Shown here: one piece after another, positions 1-11,623 of the stretch
Layout: the number at the start of each line of letters is the position of its first letter
How positions within the stretch are numbered: position 1 is the first letter of the stretch
NCBI GenBank assembly: GCA_002269645.1
Contig: NIVC01000381.1
Coordinates: forward strand, 216,023-280,022
Reading direction: 5' to 3'
Source of the DNA: Macrostomum lignano
Taxonomy: Eukaryota
Length of the DNA: 64,000 nt
The notes under the pieces: generated by a model
Databases searched by the model: none
Seen by the model: the letters and a program-made list of their open reading frames with translations, nothing else
What the model was told of the DNA's origin: nothing
Program-made: the position numbers and the translations under genes

Positions 1-1
1 G

Positions 2-1507
2 CTTCATGTACCCTGCCAGAGCGAGCTGAGTGAGACAGATGAAGACGCTCAAGTTTGTTCAACTGCTACTGCTCAAAGAGCCGGTGAAATTAATACCATT
101 GAAACAGCAGAAGAACATCTCCAGTTCACTGGAGATGAACAAACCAAACCAACTGAGGAACAACCCGAACAGGCTGCGGAACAAACCAAACCAACTGAGG
201 AACAACCCGAACAGGCTGCGGAACAAACCAAACCAACTGAGGAACAACCCGAACAGGCTGCGGAACAAACCAAACCAACTGAGGAACAACCCGAACAGGC
301 TGCGGAACAAACCAAACCAACTGAGGAACCACCCGAACAGGCTGAGGAACAACCCGAACAGGCTGCGGAACAAACCAAACCAACTGAGGAACAACCTGAA
401 CCAACTGAGGAACAACCCGAACCAACTGAGGAACAAACTAAAGAGAAGATTGAACAGACTAATCAGCATCCCAGCCCAACGGAACAGCTTCAAGAGTCAA
501 CGGAAGAGTGCCAAAATTCAAACCAAGAACAAAGCGACGTACCAGAAGCCAACGAAGAAGCGGCACAAGAACATTTTGAACCGAGCAATCCAGATCTGGA
601 CGAAAAGCACCAGATGGACTCTAAAGAATATAAAGAACAAGCTACCGATGAACAGCAAGAACAAGCTACCGATGAACAGCAAGAACAAGCCACCGATGAA
701 CAGCAAGAACAAGCTACCGATGAACAGCAAGAACAAGCCACCGATGAACAGCAAGAACAAGCCACCGATGAACAGCAAGAACAAGCTACCGATGAACAGC
801 AAGAACAAGCTACCGATGAACAGCAAGAACAAGCTACCGATGAACAGCAAGAACAAGCCACCGATGAACAGCAAGAACAAGCTACCGATGAACAACACGA
901 ACAGGCTACCGATGAACAGCAAGAACAAGCTACCGATGAACAGCAAAAACAAGCTACCGATGAACAGCAAGGACAAGCTACCATTGAACAGCAAGAACAA
1001 GCTACCGATGAACAGCAAGAACAAGCTACCGATGAACAGCAAGAACAAGCTACCATTGAACAGCAAGAACAAGCTACCGATGAACAGCAAGAAAAAGCCA
1101 CCGATGAACAGCAAGAACAAGCTACCGATGAACAGCAAGAACAAGCTACCGATGAACAGCAAGAACAGGCTACCGAAAGACACAAAAGAGAACTTTACAA
1201 GCAAATTCTCCAGCCCGAGCAAACCAAGACTAAAAACAATTGTTCTGATGACCAACCCGACCAAAACGAAATAACAAAGACACTCGGTGACAACGTAACT
1301 ACTTCGAAAGTTCATGAGCCGGAAACGAGTCAATTCACGCCATCCAACAACCACCACTTAGTCAACGGCACCTCTGATGAGTGCGATGGGGAGAGGCGCC
1401 TCAGCGATTACTACAAAGCCGAATCGCAACGATTAGTTGGCCAGGTGATGGAGGACAGTATGGTAGGATTCGCTGTGGCTGATGCTAGTTCTGCCGATGA
1501 GTTTTAA
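2..1507 (+). CDS. 3'-terminal coding exon of an acidic Glu/Gln/Thr-rich tandem-repeat protein (5' end outside window or at a CAG acceptor at 17-19)
   Basis: Frame 2 is open from base 2 to TAA at 1505-1507 (track ORF 614..1507 is its 3' part). It reads ...SELSETDED...(QTKPTEEQPEQAAE)n...(EQATDEQQ)n...SSADEF*. AATAAA at 1568-1573. No recognisable domain. Confidence 0.7.
   Translation, partial: LHVPCQSELSETDEDAQVCSTATAQRAGEINTIETAEEHLQFTGDEQTKPTEEQPEQAAEQTKPTEEQPEQAAEQTKPTEEQPEQAAEQTKPTEEQPEQAAEQTKPTEEPPEQAEEQPEQAAEQTKPTEEQPEPTEEQPEPTEEQTKEKIEQTNQHPSPTEQLQESTEECQNSNQEQSDVPEANEEAAQEHFEPSNPDLDEKHQMDSKEYKEQATDEQQEQATDEQQEQATDEQQEQATDEQQEQATDEQQEQATDEQQEQATDEQQEQATDEQQEQATDEQQEQATDEQQEQATDEQHEQATDEQQEQATDEQQKQATDEQQGQATIEQQEQATDEQQEQATDEQQEQATIEQQEQATDEQQEKATDEQQEQATDEQQEQATDEQQEQATERHKRELYKQILQPEQTKTKNNCSDDQPDQNEITKTLGDNVTTSKVHEPETSQFTPSNNHHLVNGTSDECDGERRLSDYYKAESQRLVGQVMEDSMVGFAVADASSADEF
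136..430 (+). repeat. Coding 42-bp tandem repeat (14 aa QTKPTEEQPEQAAE), about 6-7 units
   Basis: Unit gaacaaaccaaaccaactgaggaacaacccgaacaggctgcg at 136, 178, 220, 262, 304, then degenerate. Confidence 0.9.
633..1175 (+). repeat. Coding 24-bp tandem repeat (8 aa EQATDEQQ), about 22-23 units
   Basis: Unit gaacaagctaccgatgaacagcaa read directly. Confidence 0.92.
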
Positions 1508-2584
1508 GTCAACCGGATAAACATTGTATAGTCAATGGTTTTAAAATGGACCTTTTGGAGGTAAAAAAATAAATTAAAATTATGTACAAGCGCGCAGCCG
1601 ATTCTGTAATAAGGTTAATATTACATTTAAGTGAATTTATAAGCTCTCTTGGTTTTAATATCACCTCACTTTTCACTTGCCACTGCATGGTATTACATGT
1701 ACGTCCTACGATATTACTGAGTGAGTACTATCTATTCATACTAAATTGATTCAATTTTGCTTACATCAGTTATTTGTTTTTATGTGCACGCATGCCTGGC
1801 TAACAGTAAATAAAAAATTGTTTAAATGCATGCTATGCTGCAGGCATCTGCGAAAATTTGCTGCTAAAATATGAAGAATATATAAGCAAAAATGTAACTT
1901 GCTTTGGTTATTTCTTAGACAGCTTAAAAACAACTATAAAAAACTCTCGTTTCAAGACTACTACTTTGAGTAGAAGAGTGAGCTCTGGCCAAAATATTTT
2001 ATTATCACATTATTAAATTGTAGAATTTGTAAGAATATAAGCATTAGTCTATCTAAGCAAACAGATTCCACAGATAAAATTAGGGTAAATTCTAGGTCAA
2101 AAAGAAGTACGCAAAATAAAACTACAGTTTTATTATCTTTCAGTACAGCTGAGTGGTCAGAGTGCATCAAGAGACCAAAGTGCATTTGTAGAAAGTTCCT
2201 AAAAACCTTTGTTTTTTATTATAACAAATATAAAAGATATAATAGTCAGTGAAGGGACAGTGCTATAATTATTGAAGGCAGATTATTAGTTAAAAACAAA
2301 AATATATTCGGCTATAAAATCCAGTAAAAATATTTACACAGTAAGGCATTTATTACAGACTCAAAGATTGAATAACAGCGCACTAATTTCTTACAGAAAA
2401 ATCCTGACACAACCTGCCGCAAAAAACTTTCCATTGGCTGCTTTAAAAGTTGCTTGTGCAGGTGTTACCAGAGGACAAGAAATTGAAATAATGAAAAAAT
2501 CATATCCAAAGGTCGTCTGCTTGAACCGCTGTGTAAAATAAATTATATATTTTAAATAAAATTAATCCATCTTTATAAAAGTTT

Positions 2585-3917
2585 TCATTTCTTCGCGAGA
2601 CTTTTGCGTGTTTGATAGCCCCGGAAATTTGCTTGAATTTTCGTGGCCGCCTGCTGCTCCTCAGTTGCGTTGGCCGCCTCGTCGCCATTCTGCTGCTCGG
2701 ATTGCTGGAATTCCATGTGAATTACATTTTATGATAATCAAGTGCGCCTTAACTACTAAACAGTAAGTAGAATATTAGAATACGAAGAAGGAAATGAAAA
2801 TTTTTTCAATTTAATGAAAACCAATAACTTTAATATCGTCACTCAAAATGTCTCAGTGTCCGAGTGTCTTAATGTCAGAGTGTCTCAGTGTCAGAGTGTC
2901 TCAATGTAAGAGTGTCTTAATGTCTTAATGTCTTAATGTCAGAGTGTCCTAATGTCAGAGTGTCTCAATGTCAGAGTGTCTCAATGTCAGAATTTCTTAA
3001 TGTCCGAGTGTCTTAATGTCCAAGTGTCTTAATGTCAGAGTGTCCTAATGTCAGAGTGTCTCAATGTAAGAGTGTCTTAATGTCAGAATTTCTTAATGTC
3101 CGAGTGTCTTAATGTCCAAGTGTCTTAATGTCAGAGTGTCCTAATGTCAGAGTGTCTCAATGTAAGAGTGTCTTAATGTCAGAATGTCTTAATGTCCAAG
3201 TGTCTTAATGTCAGAGTGTCCCAATGTCAGAGTGTCTAATTGTCCAAGTGTCTTAATGTCAGAGTGTCTTAATGTCAGAGTGTCTTAATGTCCAAGAGTT
3301 TTAATGTCAGAGTGTCCTAATGTCAGAGTGTCTTAGTGTCCAAAGTATCTTAACGTCAGAGTGTCTTAATGTCAGAGTGTCTTAATGTCAGAGTGTCTTA
3401 ACGTCAGAATGTCTTAATGTCCGAGTCTCTTGATATCAGAGTGTCTCAATGTCCGAGTGTCTTAGTGTCCCAAGTGTCCTTGTGTCCAAAGTGTCTTAGT
3501 GTCCAAAGTGTCTTAGTGTCCGAGTGTCTTAGTCTTTGAGAGTCTTAGCGCATTAGTGCAGTGGCCTACCAATAGTAAAAAAGTAACAGCCTACTCACCT
3601 GAGCAGCCACAAACTCCTCCCTAGTCTTGAAGCCATCGAATGCCGCCTGAATAGTCTCAGCCGCCGTGTCCTCATCCATCGCATCCTTGCTGGGATCCGC
3701 TGGCCCCTCCTTGCCGGCATTGTTCTCAGCGAACTGCTGTCTGGTTAGAAAGCCTTCAAAAGCGGCCTGAATTGTCTCGGCAGCCTTGGTCTCGTCTTGC
3801 TGCACGTGCTGCGGCTTCTGGTTGAAGAAGACGTAGTCAAATAGCCCGGCGAGGTCGTAAAACACCTCGCTGTCATCTCGATCGCCGAGTACCTTGGAAA
3901 TTAAGGGAAAGATGTTG

Positions 3918-4000
<83 letters not shown>

Positions 4001-4011
4001 GGATAGATAGG

Positions 4012-4094
<83 letters not shown>

Positions 4095-6776
4095 ATAGAT
4101 AGATGGATAGATAGACATACATAGGCAGACTCACAATGCACAGCTTGCCGGCAAGATCAAAGTGCCGCACTACAGGCAGCGTGTGCTCCTTAAAATAGGA
4201 CATCCGCTTTGACACGGCGGCAATGTTGTCACCCAGGCCGCCCTGCTCGCGGCCCCTGGCCAACAGCCGGCGCACCATGTAGGTCTCCTCGCAGTCCAGC
4301 AGCACGGTGAGGTCGGGCTGGCCAACGGTTTTGTACAGGTCGCGCAGCTGGTTGGCGTTGATCGGGTAGCCCTCCAGCAGGATGCAATTCGCTCCGCGGC
4401 CTTTTTCTGTCAACAGTCGACGCAATTCTGCTGCGTCAACTTCCTCGTCCAGGTCGCCCTGAGTGGCGATGTCGACTAGCGCGGACCAGGCGGCGTTGGC
4501 TCCGGCACCAAGCGACCTGTTGCGCGCCTCCTCGGAGGCGTTGATGTGCACGAAGCCCGCGTAGCGCTCGGCGACTCGGCGCAGCTGACTGGACCTGCCG
4601 CTGCCCGGGCCGCCCATCACCAGCACTATCGGGCACTGCGGCAGGTCCGACGGCCGCTTCACCGGCTCGGGCACGTTTTCGATCTCCTCGATGTACGTGA
4701 CGGCCGAAGCAGACACCGCGGCAGCCTCCGACTCTTCTTCGGTGTCGTCTCTCGAGTCGGCGCCCCCTCGCCGGCCTTTGGCGCCTTCTTGGGCCCGGCG
4801 CTGGTGTCGACAGGATCGTAGAAGGCGTCCATTGCTCGGGCAGCCTCGGCAAACACGGAGGCATCGTCAAGGTCCTCGTCAACCGGCACAACAACAAGTC
4901 GACGCGCCTCGTCGTAGATTTGACAGGCTGGCAGGCCGGCCGACCGGAAGTGGCCGATGCGGCGGCCGATGTTAGCGGGCTGGTCCTCGATGGCGCCGAG
5001 GCGGTGGTATCGCCGAAGCAGCCGCTCCTGAAGCAGGTCCTCCTCAAAGTCGAGCAGCAGGGCACGGTCTGGCTGCTTGATCTGAGTTCAGAACAGTGGA
5101 GTTGAGTAGCGGATTGAGGATGCTCATGTGCGACCGGTGCACAAATTTTATGCAATTCCGGCTGTGAATCTCCGCTGCAACGTCTTCGATGCCCATGAGC
5201 GTTTACCAACAGAAGTACGAGTAGTACTTCTTAGTGCAACAGTAGTAGCAACTATAGGGAGTGCGCCTCTGTCTTTCTATTCAGATAAAAACGATAAAGA
5301 CGTCAGGGTGCCCTCCACCTAAATTCCAGCAAGACGCTCTACACTTACGTGCTCAGCAATGGCGTCGACCTGCTCAGGCGAGCGCGGGTAGCCTTCAACA
5401 AACACGCCTCGGCAGCGTCCGTCGGCCACCAATTGATTGACGGCGTCGATCAGCGCCGGCAGCAGCAGGTCTTCTGGCACAGCGTCGCCGCGTTCGAAAG
5501 CGGCCGCCGCCACTGCCCAGCGTTGACGCGAGGCGTCGCGCGAATCCCGGATGCCGTTGCGGACCAGGTCACCGACGCACAAGCTGGCGAAGCCGTACCG
5601 CTGGGCCAGGTGGCGGCAGATGACCCGCTTGCCGCTGCCGGGACCGCCCAGCACCAGCACTAGCGGGCAGGTGAGCGGCGCCGTCAGCTTCTGCAAATTA
5701 GACGAGTCGGAGAGGGCCGACGATTCTCTGACGGCTACGGCGGCGGCCGCTGCGACCTGCTGTCGGCTGGCGTCTTCGACAGCTTCGTAATTGGCGGAGT
5801 TTCCGCCGCCACCGATGGGCGGTAGGACCGGCTTCTTTTCGCCCAAATCAGACACCGATGAGGCTGGTAAAAAGTTTGTTTGGAGGCAAATGAAGAGCTA
5901 GGGGATAATTAAGATCAACATGCGCATGGATACGTACGCAAGTACATACACCTTTATGAGTAACCATTACTCTCATTGTCTGGCAGTGTGTACCTACTCC
6001 CTGCCCTGAGGATTGGCTTTCATTGTTTATCTCTGGCCTGTTCATCAATTTCATTGTTTATCTATGACCCGTGTATGAATGCCATTGTTTATCTCTGGCC
6101 TGTGTTATCAACTTCATTGTTTATCTCTAGCCTGTGTTATCAACTTCATTGTTTATCTCTGGCCTGTGTTATCAACTTCATTGTTTATTTATGGCTTATA
6201 TTATCAACTTCTTTGTTTATCTCTGGCCTGTGTTATCAACTTCATCAACTTCATTGTTTATATATGGCTCGTGTTATCAATACCATGGTTCAGTGGTGGC
6301 CAAACTATTGCTTGTCTAACAAAAAGACAACAGAAATATTGTCGAACAGGAATATTAACAGTCTTTGGTTTTTAGACTCATCATACATATACACTTAGTA
6401 GCAAGTATTAAGCATGACTGTAGCTCGTAGCAGAATTTGCAGCCAATTTCACTTACTGTGGCTGGTCGATCGCTTTGCGGACCTTGGTGGCGTCACCGGG
6501 GGCAGCGGCGTCTTGGCCCGCTTAGCCTCAAGGAAGAGGTCCCAGCGCACTCCGGAGACACCCTGTACTTTGATCTTGTCCAGGCACTGCTGCAGGTAGG
6601 CAATGTGATCCGATGGTCTGTGGTACATCAGGCCGGTCATGAGGCACTGCGGTTAAGAGTTTAGGATAAAATAGTAAATTTCTTGCTGTTTAAATATTTT
6701 TCTTTGTTATTTTCATACTTACCTCAAAGAGTTGCGGGATCTGTTTCTTGGAAACGTACTCTTTTGCGTCGGACAT
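2585..6776 (-). CDS. AK5: Adenylate kinase 5-like protein (N-terminal RIIa/Dpy-30-like docking domain, two AK domains, three C-terminal IQ-like motifs); 6 exons, one apparent frameshift
   Basis: Exons (minus): 6723-6776, 6457-6646, 5349-5863, 4135-5081, 3599-3892, 2585-2704. All GT-AG with matching phases (0,1,0,0,0). N-terminus [44 protein letters not shown] resembles that of vertebrate AK5. P-loops GGPGSGKR and GGPGSGRS. Last exon QSEQQ...[18 protein letters not shown]. Spliced length 2120 nt = 3n+2: frame changes between the AK domains inside exon 4 (~4660-4860). Confidence 0.88.
2850..3545. repeat. 16-bp minisatellite (aatgtcagagtgtctt) filling AK intron 5
   Basis: About 40 degenerate units read directly. 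Confidence 0.9.
3917..4115. repeat. (GATA)n microsatellite filling AK intron 4
   Basis: About 50 near-perfect GATA units. Confidence 0.97.
6015..6275. repeat. 32-bp minisatellite (ttcattgtttatctctggcctgtgttatcaac) in AK intron 2
   Basis: About 7 degenerate units. Confidence 0.85.
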
Positions 6777-8761
6777 TTTAACTCTAGCTGTGGACGATTT
6801 AGGCTGAAAAAATCATCCAGTCGTTATTATAGCATAATTTTATTGCATCAGGATCAGTAGGACATAATTAAAACATTTTAAATCTGTATAACGTTTTTCT
6901 AAATAAAAAAATTTAATAAACAGAAATCAATTCAAGTACTACATATATCATACTTTATAATACAGAGCCTATGATTTTCATTATAAAAATGCTACCAAAT
7001 AAAAATCTGATTTGGGTATTACAAACTTGTGTGAAATGTCATGAAGGAAATAGATATAAAGGTTTAAAATCAAAATTGATTTTTCAACATCCATTCATAC
7101 ATTATCATACACACATCACATGTATTCATTCAATTAAACGCTTTTATCAAATGCTTTTTGAAATTTTTAAAACCATTGGCATTATGGCATTAAGATCTAA
7201 CTATCGTTTACAATTAATCAGAAAGTGCATTAAAAAGGAATTTTTTAAGTGCAATTAAAATATGTTTTTTAATAGTAAGCAGTAAACACGTTATCGCAAA
7301 CATGCACATAATATTCATAAACAAAAATAAATTAATCTGGCTATTGTTCAATCCTTTAAATTGCTTTATATGTACGTCATGGCTACATATGAGAATCGGA
7401 AGAAGAAATGGTAACGCTAGAAAGGCGGAAATTGCACAATTTCAGAAAGAATAATTTGACAAATGGCAATTTCGAGTCTCCGACGTGACTATTAATGAGA
7501 AATTGTAAGCGTAGTCTAAAGCAATATATTTGCTAGTAAAAACACTTTTTATTTCACACGTCAGTTCCTGCCTGCTCTTAACTATAGATATGATAAGAAG
7601 AGAAATCTCCATTATTTAAGATTTTGCCGTTGTGCAAGGCGAAGACAATTCGTGGGTAAACTGAATATCGAATTCTGAAGTTGAACCTTTGTTTAAAAGC
7701 CTTGACAACCCAATATTTAAGTTGCTTTTGAACAAAGTAAACAAGAAAAATATATTATGCTTTATTATCACTAAAAAATTGGTACTTTAATTTTGTAATA
7801 CATAGAAATGATATGCTTTGTTATAGCTTTTAAACAAAAAATTTAAATGGATTCAATTTGGACTCTAGTCTATACGAGTTTTGCAATATGGTATTTGAAA
7901 GAACGCGGAAATGTTATTAACGATACTTGGACGACTAATGAAGCGAAAGAAAAAGCAAGGAGTTAAAAAAAGTATTGCGTGAAATTTATGTATGTAGTTG
8001 TCGGTATTTGCACAAAACAGCTTAGTCCTTACGTTATAAAAGTAAATTTATATAGATTTTAATTAGATGACAACAAAATTGTATAAAATATAAAATTTGA
8101 AAGAGCGCATAGGGTTTTTTTGCGGTTTTTACGGATGGACTAAAAACAGGTACCGTATGGCTTTGATGCAAACAACGGTTCATCCAAAATGCAATAGATT
8201 GTATGCATTAATCTGTCAATGAAAAATATCGAGTATAAGGATTGCTCATAATATTTGGCGATTATTGTATACATGTAAATATTCTGTTTGAAGGCCTAAA
8301 AACCATCTAACGACTTATGGTCATTAAATAGAAATTTTTTCTATTGAAATAGAAACTTCTCTGCAGAAATGCGCCAAGGAACCGTACCAAGGACGTTAAT
8401 CGTGATGGTGGGAATTAGAATACGCGGACTCTCAGTACTTTACTGCTATACATGTATATAAAACATGCTGAATATTTCAGGTAAATAAATTTAACTGTAC
8501 ATGACATCGTAAATTTGGAATTGGAATTGTACCTATGTACTAATCGTAATTAAATAATTAGTGCTAAAATATTGTCTCCTATTCCTGAAGTAATCTTAAA
8601 TACACAGAAATATATTGGCCAAACAGGCTTCTTGCCTGAGCCAACTTACTTACTTACTTACTACTACTACTCATTCATGTGATCGTGTGCTAAATCTGAT
8701 TGCATTAAAACGCCTTAAAATCGCAATTTAAATCGCTTTTGTTTCGCCAGTTTCAGTATTT

Positions 8762-9610
8762 TTAGGTGCCGAAAGCCTGCACTACCAAATACATTAAGGA
8801 CAGCAGCCGCACAGCCACTCTTCCCTGCTCGCTGACTGAGTTGCCGCCCGTGACTGTGACGCAGCCGCTGCCGCCGATGCAGGCGGAGCCGCCACCTCCT
8901 CCAGCCTGGCCAAATCCGAGACCTCCACCGCCTCCGCTAAAACCACCGCCGGCCCCAGGGGCTCCTTTTCTGCCTCCAGCGCTCCCGCCTCCGCCGCCAC
9001 CTCCACCGAATCCGCCTCCGCCGCCACCTCCACCGAATCCGCCGTCGCCGTCACCGCCACCACCGCCACTGCCGCCAATCCAGCCGTCAGCTTCGCTGCC
9101 GCCTCGCTCTCCATCGGGGTCGCCTCGTCTCGAGTTGACGGCTTTGCCGAGCTAGCCGGCACCGCAGCCCCCGTGGCTATAATCATCTGGAGTGTCCATC
9201 GGGTTGTTGAAGCTCTACTTATCTGCACTGGCAGCTGCTACTGCTCACTCTTGAACACGACATCGAGCCTGTAGGCCCTCTCCCGAATCAGCTGCTCGAG
9301 ATTGTCCACCGTCCACACGGATTCGCCCGCCTCGGAACCGAGAACTCGCGTCACGTGACTCGCCGTCGGTCCCGGAGACTGCGACGCATCGTTGATGAAG
9401 ACGAGTTGGCAGGTGGAGGTGCCCTCACGAAAAGCCGCCAAAGCGCAGGCTCTCATTCCGCGCATGAACAGACAGTCTGGCACCGAAGCCACATTGGTCT
9501 CGGTGATAACGTCACACTGCTCACAATTCGGTCGAGCGAGACGGGCAGGGCCGAGCGGACGCGCCTGTACTTAGTCTTTGTGCAGTTCGCTGCTGATGAA
9601 GGCAACACCT
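8762..9610 (-). pseudogene. Pseudogene copy (copy 1) of the PAN + ALK/LTK-like glycine-rich protein
   Basis: Homologous to 11624-13665 and 15445-17464. 2-bp GT insertion in exon 1 (agcagtgtgacg vs agcagtgacg, ~9512). Intron 1 runs straight into the middle of exon 3 at ~9220, so exon 2 is lost. TGG>TAG nonsense at 9152-9154. Terminal TAA at 8762-8764. 5' end not resolved. Confidence 0.85.
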
Positions 9611-11303
9611 CTGCAGCTTCTTTCGTGAATTAGTTGATTTTAGAGTTACTTTCTTGCATGCATACGAGTATTGCCACAGATGTTGTAGTGCTACTACGCT
9701 TCTATGGATCTGCGGTTGCTGTAGATGCATTTTAATTGTTGCTTACCTATAATTGGTTCCAAAATCACCAGCGCCAATAGCAAACAGAAAGCCTTCATGC
9801 TACTTATTAATCCACGATAAAAATATTTTCGAGATTAGTGCCGAAGCTCGCGTGTGTTTCTCTGCAGTTTGAAATTTCCTATCTCCCAGCTGTTCCAGCC
9901 GAAATATACATCGCAAATGGAGTCGGTGTCAACAGCGTAACAGATTTTATCTCCTTATTTTTCTAATACCTGCTGGTTTAGTGTTTACTCCCACACTTTA
10001 ATAAACAGCAGTCGAGATATTTAAGACGTTGATAGACATATATAGTGATTTTTCGAAATAATTGACAGGTTTCATGTAGAATTTGAGACAGGAAGCAGAG
10101 CCAGAGCATTCTCAGGAGACTTAACTCTCGAAGAAATTTAAATTATTTCTATTTCAGTGATCTTGCCCGTAGAACGTGGTAATCATGCTGTGCATTACTT
10201 GTAATTAGCTGTTCTGTCCTCCATACGAGCATCGCTCAGATAAATTGGCTTCTAATAGAAATCGTACGATTGATTCGAAACTTACTACTTTCTTGTATCA
10301 TAAGCCTCTCTGTTGAAGTCTACTGGATAAACTGGACAAACGACTTACTAGACTATCCGATCCAAAGAGGCTAAACCAAACCATACAGACAAACCATAGT
10401 CACATTTTGTTCTACACACCACACCGCACCGCACAATGTCCCAGCTTGTGCGAAGAATTTCCTCAGTTGTGAAGTCAGCGAAGGCGCCGTTTGGTACAAC
10501 AAAATCAACAGAACAGTTACAGGCTGTTGACTACGTTCCGGGCAATGCATTGAGTCTGGCTCAACTTTAATTTTTCGCAGAAATGCTATGCAACCAGATT
10601 TCCTCGGTCTCTTCAAGTCTCCTTCAAATTCAAACATCTAGTAAGTTAGAGGCAGCTCGTGTACTCCTCTGATGAGAAGTCGGCTCTGGATTGGCATGCC
10701 CAGATTGACATGGGAATCCTCTGTTTCTGTGCAAGCGATTCGCCACACGGCTTCAGTTTTTTACTCATGCGGATTCAGAGAGACGTAATTTATCTATCTA
10801 TCCTTCTATTTTTTTAACTTCATGCGTCAACAGCAACCACACGGGGCAATGCAGAATCCAGAAGTTAATGCTAAGCTTGGTTGACGTGGAGGTTTGTCCA
10901 CTTTGTGTCCTCATCCATTCAAAAGGGCTGTATAAAGGAGAGTTCAAAAGAGCGACGAACTCAACCTTCTCTGCCGCGTTTCTGCAGCTGCTGCAGAAAT
11001 TTGAAAAAAACGTTGCTGAAAAAGCGGCAACGCTAAGAGTACATTTGTATTTTTGGCTGTTAAATTCAACTTGGTAAAAATAACATAAAGGTACATTTTT
11101 AACTCGAGGTTTCAGTAGAAGGGGTGGCAACGGGGTATTCATGCGCGTTGTGTATCAAAATATAAAATATTGAAACTAAAGCGCATTTGCATATCTTTGG
11201 ATGAAAGCTTTAAAACAAGCGGCTAAAGAAATAAAATATGGCTTTTTGTTATTTTGTTATTGGTTAAAATTAAAGGCAAACTTTGCCATTGTCCACGTAT
11301 ACT

Positions 11304-11599
11304 TCCCTGTATTCACGGGTCTTTTTTGGCTCGCTTGGTTGAAATACTCTTGACTCTTGGATTCCAGTCAAACTTCACTTAACAACATTGAGATGAATTA
11401 TGTTGAGTTCAATGCAGCAATTTCGAATGTACTCATGTAGTTTCGAAGTAGTTTCGAATGTAGTTTCGAAGTACATTCGAAATTGCTGCATTGAACTCAA
11501 CATAATTCATCTCAATGTTGTTAAGTGAAGTTTGACTGGAATCCAAGAGTCAAGAGTATTTCAACCAAGCGAGCCAAAAAAGACCCGTGAATACAGGGA
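11304..11599. mobile_element. 296-bp hairpin MITE / foldback (130-bp perfect inverted arms)
   Basis: 11304-11433 (tccctgtattcacggg...tcgaatgtact) is the reverse complement of 11470-11599. The 36-bp spacer is made of tagtttcgaa repeats. CT on both flanks could be a 2-bp TSD (weak). Confidence 0.85.
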
Positions 11600-11623
11600 C
11601 TCGGTATAAAGCAAAATATGACG

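Noticed and set aside
30-1274. 414-aa Asn/Lys/Pro-rich ORF and the reverse-strand hydrophobic ORFs over the same region
   Set aside because: These are alternative frames of the coding repeats. Frame 2 is open over the whole region and reads as a coherent acidic protein ending before a poly(A) signal.
7300-8500. AT-rich stretch upstream of the AK gene with short peptide-like pieces (e.g. FTDGLKTG)
   Set aside because: There is no sustained ORF and the motif is too short to call an RNase H relic.
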